From NCBI GenBank assembly GCA_964016885.1, contig OZ024742.1, positions 192,262,001 to 192,326,000 on the forward strand: a stretch of DNA of 64,000 bases, given 5' to 3'. Position 1 is the stretch's first letter, and each line of letters begins with the position of its first letter. Under the pieces are notes generated by a model. It did no database searches. It worked only from the letters and a program-made list of their open reading frames with translations, and was not told where the DNA came from. The position numbers were made by a program, and so were the translations under genes. Below, in pieces: positions 46,999-61,377 of the stretch. The stretch is from Eledone cirrhosa (taxonomy: Eukaryota).

Positions 46999-47053
46999 AC
47001 TGTCTGAAGAGGTCACAGCCAATGATGGCTGTCACCGAAATATATATAGCAGT
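46999..47053 (+). ncRNA. Type I hammerhead ribozyme
   Basis: ACUGU-CUGAAGA-GGUCACAGCCA(AUGA)UGGCUGUCACC-GAAA-UAUAUA-UA-GCAGU. Confidence 0.82.
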
Positions 47054-47107
47054 ATAATTTATAATAAACGAAGCCAAATTTTACATATTTGACTTAATTA
47101 TTTTATA

Positions 47108-47276
47108 TGAATTGGCAGTGTCGGTAGAGGGTCGGACACCATGCTTTCCAGCATAGTTACGTCCCTTTACGGTCTGAGTTCAAATTCCGTCGAGGTTAAC
47201 TTTGCCTTTCATCCTTACGGGGTCGATAAAATAAAGTACCAGTAATGCACTGGGTAATTGCTGGCCTTGTGCCAAA

Positions 47277-47278
<2 letters not shown>
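47108..47278 (+). mobile_element. Family A SINE
   Basis: A and B boxes and central domain as above. Confidence 0.9.
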
Positions 47279-47332
<54 letters not shown>

Positions 47333-47971
47333 TCAGGAAAATTAGAAACCTCGGCGTATGGAAGCTGTTAGAATAGCAAAATAAGGTGTTCAAACAGTTT
47401 CCATACGCGAGTTTTTCCATTTTCCTGAGAATCCTAATATACTCGCGTCTCAAAATTTTATTTTCGAGTTAATTTGTTTATATATTCGTGAGTACTCTAC
47501 ATAATCAGGGTAGGGTTTATAACCATTTTAGAGCTGTATATTATATTGTGGTCTTGGCAGCTGAAGTATATTATAAATATCTGTACAAACATAGAAGTCT
47601 TTAACGGAAGCAGCAAAATTTGTGTATGTAAACATATTTTGTATTGAAACTTGTAAACACGGCTTAGTTACGTATTTCTCCGTAGAATGAAAAACACGGA
47701 CAACTTGTCTCGAGTTTCAACCTTCTTTTGAGATGTTTATGAGAAAATCCCTACATTTTGCAGAATCCAAGACGAAATATGGAACCAAACGCTTTATATA
47801 TCCATGACAGATCTACTGGAGCTAGGAATTTAAATAATTTAAGTGCTTTCGTTGATAGTGAATTCAATTATATATCAAATCGTACATAAAGCAGTTGAAA
47901 TATATCCCATCCTCATTGCCAATTGCTTTGGTTCAAAATCTGTTCTGTTTGTACAGATATGAATTTCTAAT

Positions 47972-48179
<208 letters not shown>

Positions 48180-48621
48180 TGCCACAGATACAGATAAAAA
48201 AGATCAGATTTAGTATTTAGAACGTCTGGAAACCGTCAAATCTTTGCTTAATGAATATATAAGCTTTGAAAAGTCATAGACGAGATAAGGGAACACATAA
48301 ATGTAAGATATATTCATTCTCTAACAAGTTCTCTTATTTTTTAATATTTGTGTTCTTTACATTACATGATGCTTTTTGTTTTTGTTTTCTATAATAACTA
48401 TAGTCAATGTGTGTATGATAACATATCTATCTCTCTGTCTCATCAGATAAATACGTAGACCGATATCTCTGTCTCATCAGATAAATACGTAGACCGATAT
48501 CTCCGTCTTCTTCAATCTGAGCTCTTAGACTGAATGATCGCTATCATAATTCTTAGGTTAGCATGAAACCAAAGGTAGATGTGAAGCTCTGATTCCTGTT
48601 AACCATAAATAAATATACAAA

Positions 48622-48722
<101 letters not shown>

Positions 48723-48772
48723 TTATATACACACATATGTATCTATATATATGTATGTATTATATATATAAT

Positions 48773-49126
48773 ATTAGTCCTTCATCAGTGATCTTCTAAC
48801 CTTCATTGGTATTTCATCGCTTTAATAATGATATACCTCAGGTTGGTGCGAGCAATAACTAAATAAAGTTATTTGGGACAAGTAAAATAGGATGAAGCGA
48901 GCGACATGATTTCACCAAGCTTAAGCTTATAGACATCATGTATTTGTGTCTTCCTATCTTTCAGTTGCAATACAATCCTGGTTTGTTTACATGTCTCCCT
49001 CGCTTCACCCTATTCTACTTGTCCCAATAACTTTATTTAGTTATTGCTCGCACCAACCAGAGGTATATGATTTTTAAAGCCATGAAATACCAATGATGGT
49101 TGGAAGATCACTGATGAAGGACTAAT
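48773..49126. repeat. Inverted repeat (48773-48908 / 48990-49126) in (TA)n; related fragment at ~57760-57860
   Basis: ATTAGTCCTTCATCAGTGATC ... GATCACTGATGAAGGACTAAT. Confidence 0.85.
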
Positions 49127-49215
49127 TTTATTCATATGTAACCCATGTGCAACCACGCAGAACTCCATTTTTCTTATATTATATATATATATATACATAT
49201 ATACAAATATACAAG

Positions 49216-49251
<36 letters not shown>

Positions 49252-50590
49252 AATATATATACGTTATACACACACACATACACATAATGCTCGCAAGTAT
49301 ATATAATCTGTTCTTTTATTGCCTCAGGGGCGACGGATAAGAGGACATTACAGGGAAAGTTTAAAAAACATTTAAACGTGTTTTTTTTAATTGTGTTTGC
49401 AATTAAATCGCGATTTAACGTCCGATTTTAAAAGTAGGGGAGGTTTGAGCCAACATCTCTGGAACCCCCTGGGGAAAACGGTGATAAATGTGTTGCCACG
49501 TAGAACAGGCAGCAATATCTCCTGCATTAGGCCTTCCTCCCGTCATGTTAACCTCCTAATTTAACAGTTGATAATAGAACACCGGAATTCAAGGTTAACA
49601 CATGCCCAAGATTCCACGGAGTGAGAGAGAACCGAGGTCCTAATGATTACAAAGTGAACTCCCTAATCATGCAGCCACATTGCGTCCACTTTTGTTTAAT
49701 ATTCATTCATAATATAATGAGAAAAATATAAAAGTTAATAATTTCAAACAAAATATAGTTGAAAAAGGGAGAATGTCCAGACTACACTCTTGGTTCGACA
49801 GCATATATTAGTTGCCTCCCGTGGACAAGATGTCGGAAGACTTGTCACGAATAACTATCAGTAATTCACGCTGCATAAGCGATTCCACATCAGAGGGTGC
49901 TCCTTTCTCAGGCGTGGTGTCCTAGTCTCGATTTGGTGAAGAAAAAACTGTAATCCGGGCACCGAAAATATCGGATATCTCAATTTCGATCGACGTAAGA
50001 AAGAAACGGTCAGTCAATGTCTGGTATTTGGTCATTACACTGATCTTTAGATTAAATTTCTATCTCAGTTATCAGATATGCCATATGGTCTTAATTAGAA
50101 TTAACATTTACAAATTTCTCGTTTCCTTTAAATCAGTGTTGAGGTTGGTTGTGGTTCTCGACAGTTGTTTTTCTATAGGTTGAACGAAGCCAACTGGAAC
50201 TCAATTATAGAAAAAAAAAAAAAAAAAAATATCTCAAAATTCTATCGATTTATTCTATTTTCCAATAAAAAAAAAAATGGCATTCATTTCCTAATTCCCG
50301 AATTGCACTTCTCTTCCTTAAGTCACAGATACAATATATCAGGATGGCCTGGAAGCCACAAAGAAATGAAAACATTCACCTGACTGCAATTAATCTTGCA
50401 ACGAAGAGACATATATATATATACATAGAGAGAGAGACAGACATATATATATATATACATAGAGAGAGAGACAGACATATATATACATAAAAAAAGAGAG
50501 GGAGTGATAGATATAAGCACATATAGAGAAATAAAGACAGATGAATGAGAGGCAGGGACGTAAAAAGTAAAAAAAAAAAAGTGAATGTAT

Positions 50591-50622
<32 letters not shown>

Positions 50623-52362
50623 CCATAGCTCTTCTAATTTGTCTTTATAATTTGAGAGCTGAAGATGTTATTCATTAGGAATTAAAGAGAATTTCACCTG
50701 ACACTATCTTTCAACTGTGTGTAGAATATTTTTAACGGAGAGACATGAGGTTTCACTTGAGAGATTTAGCAGCTAAATTTTCTCAGTAATTAAACATGAA
50801 TTTTGAGATTAATTATACATGAATATTTTAGAAACTGATCTTTCAATAAACATGATCAAAAATAATAATGATAATAATAATAACTTCATTCATATACACA
50901 GGCATACATTATGCAAGACAAAGTGTACCGGACCAACGTTACTGCCTCTAGTACCTTTCTCCTTCTCATCATCATCATCATCATCATCATCACCACAAAC
51001 CAGCATCATCATCATCATCATTAACGCCATCATCATCATCCTCATCCTCATTAGTACCATCATCAAATTCATCACCATCATCATGTTATTCACCATCAAT
51101 ATTATCATTGACATCCCCTCCTCCTCTTCTCCTTTATCGTCATAATCATCATCAAAATTATATGCTATCTATGACTCTTTTTTTTCTTTTCGATACTTGT
51201 TCTCTTGTCATTAATGTCTGCTGTGCCTTCATCTATTAACAGCAACATCATACCTGTTGAAATGGTGTCGCCTCCGTCTTATGTATTCTGGATTATATTA
51301 AGATGAAACAAAACTACATAAGCAATATATAGTGAATTGATATTTTTTTCCATTAGTTCATTATATCAAATTATTTTCTTCGTGGAATCGAAACGAATTG
51401 ACCTCCTTCTAATTCAATTCGTCAATGAATGTTCAATTGTTCGATTAACCGAACAGTCTGTTCATAAAAATTATGTGTAAGTGACTGAGCATTCTATAGA
51501 CCGCGTACCTTAATTCTTAGGGAGATCTAGCGTGACAGAGTATATTAAAAATTGGGCCTTTCAATTACAGTTTTCTTCTATCAGACGGGTACCACACCGT
51601 ATCCATCTATACAATTTCACTCAAAATAAATAGTCCGACCGACCCAAAACTATGGTTAATGATATTTAGCTATGACGCCATCTAGAAGTATCGATCCCGT
51701 GACTTCATCAAATATAATTGTCTTTCTTTAATGACATTTATCGCATTGTTTTATGTAGTTAGAGCAAATAAATCATTCCTACAAATCCTATTCTCTCGAT
51801 TCTATTATTCCTGGATTCTATTATTCTTTATTCTATATGGATCCAATTACATTTTATTATCCCTCTCCTATTCTAATGTATTCTGTTTCTTATTTTTCTT
51901 TTTTTTTTTCTGTTCTCCATTTAATTCCATTCAATTCTTTTTTATTCTCATTCACTTATTCTAAAGTATTCTAATCGATTCTATTATACTTTGTTGTTCT
52001 TCTTCCGTTTTTTTCCTCCAGTTTTTTTTTATTAAGTTATTATTCTTTTATACGTATTGTCGTTTTATCTATTAAACTTATATACTATTGTATTTATTCT
52101 GCTTGGTTACATTACCTTTCTACCTCATTTCATCACAATAGATTTTCATTCTGTTTCACTTCATTCTGAATCTGGTTTACTCTATTATATAATATATGTA
52201 ACTGTTCCCTGTTGTCACAATCCAATCTCTCATATCATTCTGCTGTATTCTATCTCATGTGTGTATATATGTGTGTTTGTATATTTACATATATACACAT
52301 ATATGGTTATATATTTACACACACATACACACACACAAAGACAAACACACACGCACGCACGC

Positions 52363-52430
<68 letters not shown>

Positions 52431-52639
52431 AAACAAACAAACACACACACACGCACACACGTATGTATCTCCAGAAAAACAACACAGGGAAACGATAGAC
52501 TAGAATGAATATATGCATTAGTTTAACACTTCATATAGTAGGAAAAAAGTCTTGACATTTCAGGCATTAGTACTTTTCATCAGAAGATAGAATTCGCGAT
52601 AGACGAAATAGGAAAAAAATGTAAATGACGTAAAGAAAG

Positions 52640-52690
<51 letters not shown>

Positions 52691-52895
52691 GTATGTGTGT
52701 ATATATATATATGTGTGTGTGTATATATGTGTGTATGTATATATATATATATATAGGGGTGCTGTTTGAAGCTGCGTAACTGTATTTTGTGGGGTGGGTC
52801 TTGATTTGTGTTTGCTAAGTTCGTTTACTTTTTTATTTTTGGTGGAGCTGAGAGAAAAATCCACGTGTAAATGACACCAGATATGGTGTGAAAGA

Positions 52896-53017
<122 letters not shown>

Positions 53018-53368
53018 ATATTCTTTTGTATCCTACAGGATATTCTAAACCAAAGATCCGGATTAACATTTAACATATAGCATTCAGAAAATTCCAATTG
53101 ATTCATGTAACTATTGTATGCGATTCTATTCGTGAATAGAATAGTGTACAATTCTGTTATTCCGATCCAATCTTGTTTCATTTTCCTCTCGTATATTTAC
53201 TAAATTACATCAATTCGTTTCATAAGATTCGAAAGTTAATCAACTTCCGTTGTAGACATGAGGTAGAGTGTTTCAAGAAGATGCGAGATAGAGAATATGA
53301 GGATATAATGTATAGTAGGAAATGGGGCCCGACGGCTGCGCTCTTGCCCTTTCGAAAGCAAGTTCCAG

Positions 53369-53459
<91 letters not shown>

Positions 53460-53594
53460 AGAGAGAGAGAGGGATGCATGTATACATACATACTCCACAC
53501 AGATGTGTGTTTGTATATTTACATATATACATATATGCTTATATATTTACACACACAGACACACACACAAAGACAAACACACACGCATGCACAC

Positions 53595-53658
<64 letters not shown>

Positions 53659-54179
53659 ACACACACATATATATATATTTATATATAACAAAGAAGGTGT
53701 TGTAAGAAACCAGGTGGACAATAACGCACCAGAGTACTCGACACTTAGGGTAATATGATCCGAACAGTTCGGATCTATCTGTCGAAACGGCCGGAGCTCA
53801 GTCGTCGGGGTCCTGACTGTTTTCCTATATATATATATATCACCTTGATCACCTTGACCGACCAGTCTGTCGGGCGCCAATCGGCGCCACTGGTCACAGC
53901 ACGTCGTGCTGTTTTAGCCATAAGATAACGCCATCCCACTGGCTGGGCGGGCAGGCCGGTACTCATTTCTACAGCTGAGTAAACTGGAGCAGCGTGAAAT
54001 AAAGTATATATATATATAAATTTTAGTACAGCATTAACGAAGCTTTAGGCTGCGGCTAAGCTAACGAATGCAGATTCGGAATGTAGCTTTAGCACTCGAT
54101 GGAGAATAATACACCAGAGTTATAACAATACGTTTAGACAGCTTTGCAAATCAAATATAGCGACCGGCAATCCAGCCGC

Positions 54180-54193
54180 TTTGCCATAGCAAC
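54180..54193. promoter_or_regulatory. X-box (RFX)-like motif in a CpG-richer unique segment
   Basis: TTTGCCATAGCAAC, 13/14 match to GTTGCCATAGCAAC. Confidence 0.35.
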
Positions 54194-54583
54194 GAAAAAT
54201 ACTGAACTCAGGGAAAGATTTTGACTGACCTGGACAATCACGCGGAGATCGAATGCAACACATAACGCATATCGTATAGCATACGATATACATCACATAT
54301 AACATACAACATCCACGGTAGGTTTCTGTAAATCCGAGATAGACTAATTCCATTTGCAGGGGTCTGCAATTAATGGCTTTTGACGACAGAACAAAGGATT
54401 TACTTCAACAACAAGTGTTGCGTTCTATAGCCTCGGCGGATGTGTTTTCTAGCAGTAAATTTCGCTATAGACACGTGGTTTTCTCAAAGGGAGGTAACCC
54501 CCCGTTTTGGCGGTGAATTCGAAATTTGGTTCAAAGGAATGAAATTCCCTTAGACAAACCGAATTTAGCACCCAACCAGAAGT

Positions 54584-54672
54584 TATCAAACAAACATAAA
54601 CAATTAATCAATCAATAGAATTGTCTAATTAAATATATATATATAAACAATTTAATTTCGTTTCGTTATTTG

Positions 54673-54708
<36 letters not shown>

Positions 54709-54725
54709 TATATATATATAAGTAT

Positions 54726-54757
<32 letters not shown>

Positions 54758-54803
54758 TTAATTAGACAATTCTATTGATTGATTAATTGTTTATGTTTGT
54801 TTG

Positions 54804-54806
<3 letters not shown>
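54584..54806. repeat. Inverted duplication (~50 unique bp) around a (TA)-rich spacer
   Basis: TATCAAACAAACATAAACAATTAATCAATCAATAGAATTGTCTAATTAAATA and its exact reverse complement. Confidence 0.9.
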
Positions 54807-54835
<29 letters not shown>

Positions 54836-55186
54836 GTTGCCACAACTTAAAACTACTGCTACTGCTATAGTGGTATTAGGTTGAGTTCTGCTGATATCAG
54901 GGACAGATTCCTTCGCTAGAATTTCTGACTGAATTCCGTTGATAACTCGCTCTGTTGTACCTACCTATGTAGAGTTTCTTGCATTTTTTGCATAATGTTT
55001 TGCTGTTGCATCAACTACTACATCAACTTGCTTACAGTGTGCAGCAATGAAACTGTACAGTTTGGAACATTCTTCGTGAACCACATAATTATGTTTATCC
55101 ACCATGTAACTTTTTGTGTCAACTCTGACATGTAAATTCGTATTTACAACTTAGACGAAATTTAACTGTCTGGATCGTTATAATTA

Positions 55187-55217
<31 letters not shown>

Positions 55218-55235
55218 TGTATGTATGTATGTATG

Positions 55236-55692
55236 TCAAAGGGCAAAGGAGCTCTTAAGAATCAATGGCCATCCAAAATCACGCGGGAGAGATGACCCAT
55301 TAGCCTTTGTCAAGGCAGAATTCTAGGAGAAGGAAAACTCTGATATAACACCTGCAACCCTAATGGTATCCAATGATGTTGACTTGTTCTTCTTTTTGGT
55401 AAATATCATCTTGGTTAAGAGAGTGGGACTGGCTTTGTGCAGTGCCTTTGCTCACTATAAAAGCTTCATGGCACAGGCATTGCTTTATATCTGGAGATCT
55501 CTGCACTTGTTGTCACATGGTACCATGGGCCCAGCACTATGTGTCAATAATTGTCACAAGTGTAGTGTTTGTACCAGAGTTTTCAAGTCGCTGGCTGGAC
55601 TAAAATGTCATACTCGTTCAGCGCTTCGGTAGGGGTTCTCCTTCATGGATATAAAGTAGTGGCCGTACTCGAAAACGAGTTGGCAGCCACCA
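55236..55692 (+). mobile_element. Internally deleted RTE-like element between (TATG)n tracts
   Basis: 5'UTR-like CTAGGAGAAGGAAAACTCTGA joined to the terminal C2H2 finger CSVCTRVFKSLAGLKCHTRS, a short 3'UTR and a (TATG)n tail. Confidence 0.6.
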
Positions 55693-56217
55693 TGTATGTA
55701 TGTATGTATGTATGTATGTATGTATGTATTTCGACAGTCGATCAACAAGATCCCAGACCTCATTCGATCAACGAGTGGGGGGTGGAACTCGTCAAATCGG
55801 ACAGAAGAAACGATGTTTCCGTTGGTCTTTCCAATTACTAATACTATCTTTCGATCGCAAGTCCTGGCAGAAGGATCAACGTGAAATATAAATATATATA
55901 TATATATACTCTGAACTCGTGTGTGTGTGTGTGCATACCAAATGGGAGACAGATAGATAAAAGAAGATTTTTGTGGAATTCGACAGACATAGGTACACGT
56001 AGACAGACAGACAGAAGTAGTTGTTAATGTAAGAGGAGCAGAGAGATAGACAGTCAAAGGCATGTGAGGACAATGGCACCGTTTCATGACTGTCATACAA
56101 GAGGTTTCGATGGTGTTGGCTTACTACATTACTGCACTAATCATACTGACATTAACAATAATGGTGAGCATTGGCAAGGGGTAGAGGAGTAGGAAAATGA
56201 TGTGAGTAGAGTGCAAG

Positions 56218-56220
<3 letters not shown>

Positions 56221-56248
<28 letters not shown>

Positions 56249-56290
56249 GTTTTAGTAGTAGTAGTAGTAGTAGTAGTTAGTAGTAGTAGT

Positions 56291-56345
<55 letters not shown>

Positions 56346-56385
56346 TTTAGTAGTAGTAGTAGTAGTAGTAGTTAGTAGTAGTAGT

Positions 56386-56434
<49 letters not shown>
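56221..56434. repeat. (TAG)n microsatellite
   Basis: Direct reading; similar tracts at 35.07, 40.35 and 45.78 kb. Confidence 0.97.
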
Positions 56435-56436
<2 letters not shown>

Positions 56437-56860
56437 AAGAAGAAGCAGAAGAAGCAGACGCTGTGGTGGTGCTAGTAGCAATAGTAGTAATCGTAGTAGT
56501 AGCAGAAACAGCAGCAGCAAAAACATTAACATTTGTGTCCGTCTGATCGATGCTTTCAACATTGAAATTAAATATACAGTAATCGTTATAATCCGAACCC
56601 TCAGACCTTTTCCTTGTTTGTCTTTTAAAGGTTTTCTCTTTTCTTCTATTCTTTCATTTACCTTGCACTTTAATTTTACTATTACTAAACCCTCTTTTAT
56701 TTTTGAAGCACACGATTTTCTCTCAATAGCTATCTATCAATATCTTCCGGCTCTCTCTCTCTCTCTCTCTATCCCCCCTCTCTCTCTCTCTCTTAAATAT
56801 ATATATATATATATATACATATATAGAGAGAGAGATATGTGTGTGTGTGTGTGTGTGTAC

Positions 56861-56890
<30 letters not shown>

Positions 56891-56895
<5 letters not shown>

Positions 56896-57106
56896 AGAAA
56901 GTATGACGCCGACGGCAGAGCTCAAGCCGTTTCGACGGCTACTTCTGGACTAAAGTAAGAGTTTTTTTAGTCCAGAATTAGCCGTCGAAACGGCTTGAGC
57001 TCTGCCGTCGAGGTCATACTTTCTCCTATTACCCACTCTACTACCCTAAGTATTGAGTACTCTGGTGCGTTATGGTCCATCTGGTTCCTTACCACAACTC
57101 CTTCGT

Positions 57107-57110
<4 letters not shown>
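56891..57110 (+). mobile_element. Fold-back PLE fragment (arms 56891-56954 / 56966-57029); relatives at 41187-41390, 53310-53372, 53685-53830 and 58922-58990
   Basis: The 3' arm carries GAAA-CGGC(UUGAGCUCU)GCCG-UC (HHR stem III + GUC) but no CUGANGA. Confidence 0.85.
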
Positions 57111-57141
<31 letters not shown>

Positions 57142-57369
57142 ACATTTATATATATATAAAAATGTACACATATATATACATATATATATATGTATATTAT
57201 ATATATATATACATTTTATGTATGTATGTATGTATGTATGTATGTATGTATGTATGTATGTATGTATGTATGTATGTATGTATGTATGTATGTATGTATG
57301 TATGTATGCGCGCGCGTGTATGTGTGTTTGAGTGCATCGAATTCAGTTAAAGAGATCTTCTCGTGTCTC

Positions 57370-57614
57370 TTAAGTTTTGTTTGAGAAGGATGTGTGCCAC
57401 GCTTTGACCTTAGCACTTCCGGTAAATGGTAAACCTGCGTTTCGGGTATCAGCTAACTGTCTAGAGAGAGAACCAATGGATGGCCTTCTCCATTGGACAT
57501 CTGGTATTTTAACTTCCCAACCTATTACATTGTCAAGCCAAGTCATAAAGCTGTTATCGTCATGTATTTTCTTAGCATTTCTCAACATTCTGTCAGTTAG
57601 TTTCCTGTGACAAT
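57370..57614 (-). CDS. Candidate terminal coding exon, unknown protein
   Basis: Strong atatttctttcag| acceptor, phase 1; 80 open codons CHRKLTDRMLRNAKKIHDDNSFMTWLDNVIGWEVKIPDVQWRRPSIGSLSRQLADTRNAGLPFTGSAKVKAWHTSFSNKT*. Confidence 0.55.
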
Positions 57615-57665
57615 CTGAAAGAAATATTAAAGATATTACTCGCGTCTGCATGCGCAGATAGACAC

Positions 57666-57743
<78 letters not shown>

Positions 57744-58743
57744 ATGAGAAGAAAGAAGAATACTGCGTGGTTTGCACATGGGTTACATATGATAAAAATA
57801 GTCCTTCGTCAGTGATTTTCCAACCATCATTGGTATTTTCATCGCATTAAAAATCTCACAGTCTCTCTCTCTCTATATATATATATAGACTGTGTGATTT
57901 TTTCATAATTAGTCAGAGGCGGATGGGTGTCGTCTTGACCTTTCTGAGCTCTTCCAATCAAATCAGTTGGTTTTAGGCTTGAACATAAGCAGGTCCTGTT
58001 TCTAATGTTAATATGAGCAGTGAGGGACTTTCTGGAGTTGTTAGTTGAATCTCGTTGGGAAATGTTTTAAGAAAGGCCGAGACAAAACAAGAATCGGGAT
58101 CAGTTAGGCCAGTTAACATGAACCCGTCGGTTTGAAAAAACCTCGTGTTTTCAATTTCTGGTTTTATTATTCCGTTCCGTTATAGAGCGGTGGATGGACA
58201 GTATCAGTGGGACGGCGGACAGCATGCTTGGCGGCATAGAGTTGCATCCCTTTATGTTCTGAGTTCAAATTCCCCCGAGGTTAGCTTTGCCTTTCATCCT
58301 TACGGGGTCAATGAACAAGGCTCAATTAAATCAATTCCACATGACCCCCCCCCTCCCCCCAAAAAAGATTGGTTGTAGTAGTAGTAGTAGTAGTAGTAGT
58401 AATGGAATACGGACGATGTATTAGTTAATAAGAGCCAAATACAGATATGTATTGACAAAATTGGAGGGACCTGATGTCAACTGACATAGGATACAGTATC
58501 ATTACTTAGTTGGGTTATTTGCTTTATTGTAATTTTAAAAGTTTAAAGGATGACATCAACAAATGACATTTACAACAATTTGTGCAGAGAAATTTTATTT
58601 TATTTGTTTTTGGCTATTTAAAAAAAATTTAACTTGTTTATATATATATTTGTTTTATTAATATTAGTTTTGTTGTATTTGCACTGAGTATACATGGAAA
58701 ACAGAATAGAAAATTATACATATACGCATACACACACGCACAG

Positions 58744-58781
<38 letters not shown>

Positions 58782-58796
58782 ATATATGTGTATATA

Positions 58797-58861
<65 letters not shown>

Positions 58862-58886
58862 GTATATAAATATATACATATGTATG

Positions 58887-58927
<41 letters not shown>

Positions 58928-59969
58928 AGTTCAGAAATAGCCGTCGAAACGGCTTGAGCTCTGCCGTCGGGGCCTTGAACATTTTCCCATATATATATAT
59001 ATAAACGCGTGGAAATAATCGTTTCTATTTTGTGGATAGTAGACGTAATTCAGTAGTGTATTGTGTGCATCTAATGTAATCCACTCGATGGCAGATAGAC
59101 ATAAGAGGTCAGGCGTCCGATCTTAGAATAATTACACCTTTTCCCCGCAACCTATCACCAGGCTCATACGCCCTCGTAGGTCACAAACACACCCATTCCT
59201 CCAGTAACTAGATACATTTAAAGACAAATAAACAGATAAATAAAAAAATAGATACAACTAGCAAGAACATCTACAAGAAATTGTCAAGAGTAACAACAAG
59301 ACAGTCATTGTAATTGATGTTGTATGTCGAACAAAATAATCCTTCCATCTATAAAGCAGTTTTAGTTTGTGAAGGTTCATTCCTTCCATGAAATAAACGT
59401 TTATAACCTTGTCTACTTCTGTAGGCGGAGCATATAAGTTCGCTTCGCAATCATTAGGTTCCGTGTTCGATCATACTGCGTGTTATATTGATGAAAGCAG
59501 TAGCGGCACTCCATCGGTTATGACGATGAATGCTGCATTTTATACGATCAATGGAACAGCCTGCTCGAGAAATTAATGTACATCTGGCTAAACATTCCAC
59601 AGGGAGATTCAGTGTGACACATATTGTAACAAGGCTGGCCCTTTGAATTACAGGTAAAATTCATTTTTGTCAGTTGAATGAACTAGAGCAACTTGAAATA
59701 AAATGTCTTGCTCAAGGACACAGCGTGCTGCAGTGAATGGAATTTACGCCACAATTAATTTTCTTTATACATTAAAAAACATATATTAGAAAAAAATTTA
59801 AAATCATTACTAGGAATACCATATGTTTTGAAATAAATATGTAAACTAACCGTCTATTCTGGTTTTAAAAAATCAAGGGAGACAACCGAGACAAATTATC
59901 GACTTTCAAAACCCCTCGCTTATTCCACCCTTCCCTCCCACTTATTGATAAAGACCCGAGATTACTTAC

Positions 59970-60131
59970 TCGTTTGTGACTTATTTTGAGCTGGATAGTT
60001 TGTGCTATTCAAAAGTATGTTAAGTAACTTGGATATGTCCATCTAGCAGGTGTGGCAGTACTCTAACTACAGAGAGTTTAGGTTGTAGTAACTCACCCAA
60101 TGTTCACATCCTTAGCTGCCACTCTTTGAAT
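59970..60131 (-). CDS. Candidate upstream exon(s) with a phase-1 donor matching the 57614 acceptor
   Basis: ttttttaag| acceptor at 60131, A|gtaagt donor at 59970, internal gtgagt...tag (92 nt); structure ambiguous. Confidence 0.4.
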
Positions 60132-60346
60132 CTTAAAAAATTTAATTGAAAACATATGCTGCCACGTTTTTAATTAACCCCAAAATAATGTTCAATTTCT
60201 GAATGTAATTATATTATCCAGTCTCGTCTGGTGAAATGTTTATGCGTTAAGTGTGTGTATGTGTGCTGTGTGTCACATGCATATATATATGTGTGTGTGT
60301 GTGTATATATTTATATATATATATAAATGTATGTTTATACACACAC

Positions 60347-60405
<59 letters not shown>

Positions 60406-60779
60406 TATATATATATATATATATTTATGTATAAATGTATGTTTTGATGTATACATACATATATAAATATATATTTATTGTATGTGTGTGAGCATTTATG
60501 TATGTATTTACGTGTTTATATATGAATGTAATATTTGCGTATGTTAGTGCTATGGCAATTATAAACTGCGAAAAATGAGGCGAAATTAAAGTTTAAAAGA
60601 AGGCAAAGAAACCAAAATATCAAATAAATGAGGGACCCCTAAAAGAGAGCGATGTGGGGAGGGACTAGGAAAATAATGTACATTATAGAGTAAGAATATA
60701 GAGAATGTTTTTAATTTTTATGCGATATTATCAGGATTATGGAATGAGTGATGTTGACATATGATGTATGTATATATAT

Positions 60780-60903
<124 letters not shown>

Positions 60904-60934
60904 TAGAAGGGATGTTTAATTTGTTGGAAATTCA

Positions 60935-61317
60935 ATTAATGTTTAAAACTGATTCAGAGCACTCGACAGTTTTCTGGAGTAAATATTCAATGATATTAAA
61001 TAAATGGAAACTATATTGATAAAACCATATTCATTCTATTAGTATTGGTAGAGGGTTGGACGCCATGCTTTCCAGCATAGTTATGTCTCTTTACGGTCCG
61101 AGTTCAAATCCCGCCGAGGTTAACTTTTCCTTTCATCCTTACGGGGTCGATAAAATAAAGTACCAATAATGTACTGGGTAATTGCTGGCCTTGTGCCAAA
61201 AGTAGAAACAATTATATATATTTCAAGGGTACCAAAAAATTTTTTTTTCTACCCTTGAAATATATATAATAAAATAAATATGATTTTATAAATATAGTTT
61301 CCATTTATTTAATATCA

Positions 61318-61320
<3 letters not shown>
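60935..61320 (-). mobile_element. Fold-back PLE fragment (17.3-kb family) with a family A SINE (61041-61214, +) in its left arm
   Basis: Inverted arms CAATGATATTAAATAAATGG / CCATTTATTTAATATCACTG; apex TTCAAGGGTA..TACCCTTGAA. Confidence 0.8.

Positions 61321-61377
<57 letters not shown>

Noticed and set aside
55545-55632. Host C2H2 zinc-finger gene
   Set aside because: It is a single finger at the 3' end of an RTE-like element followed by a repeat tail.
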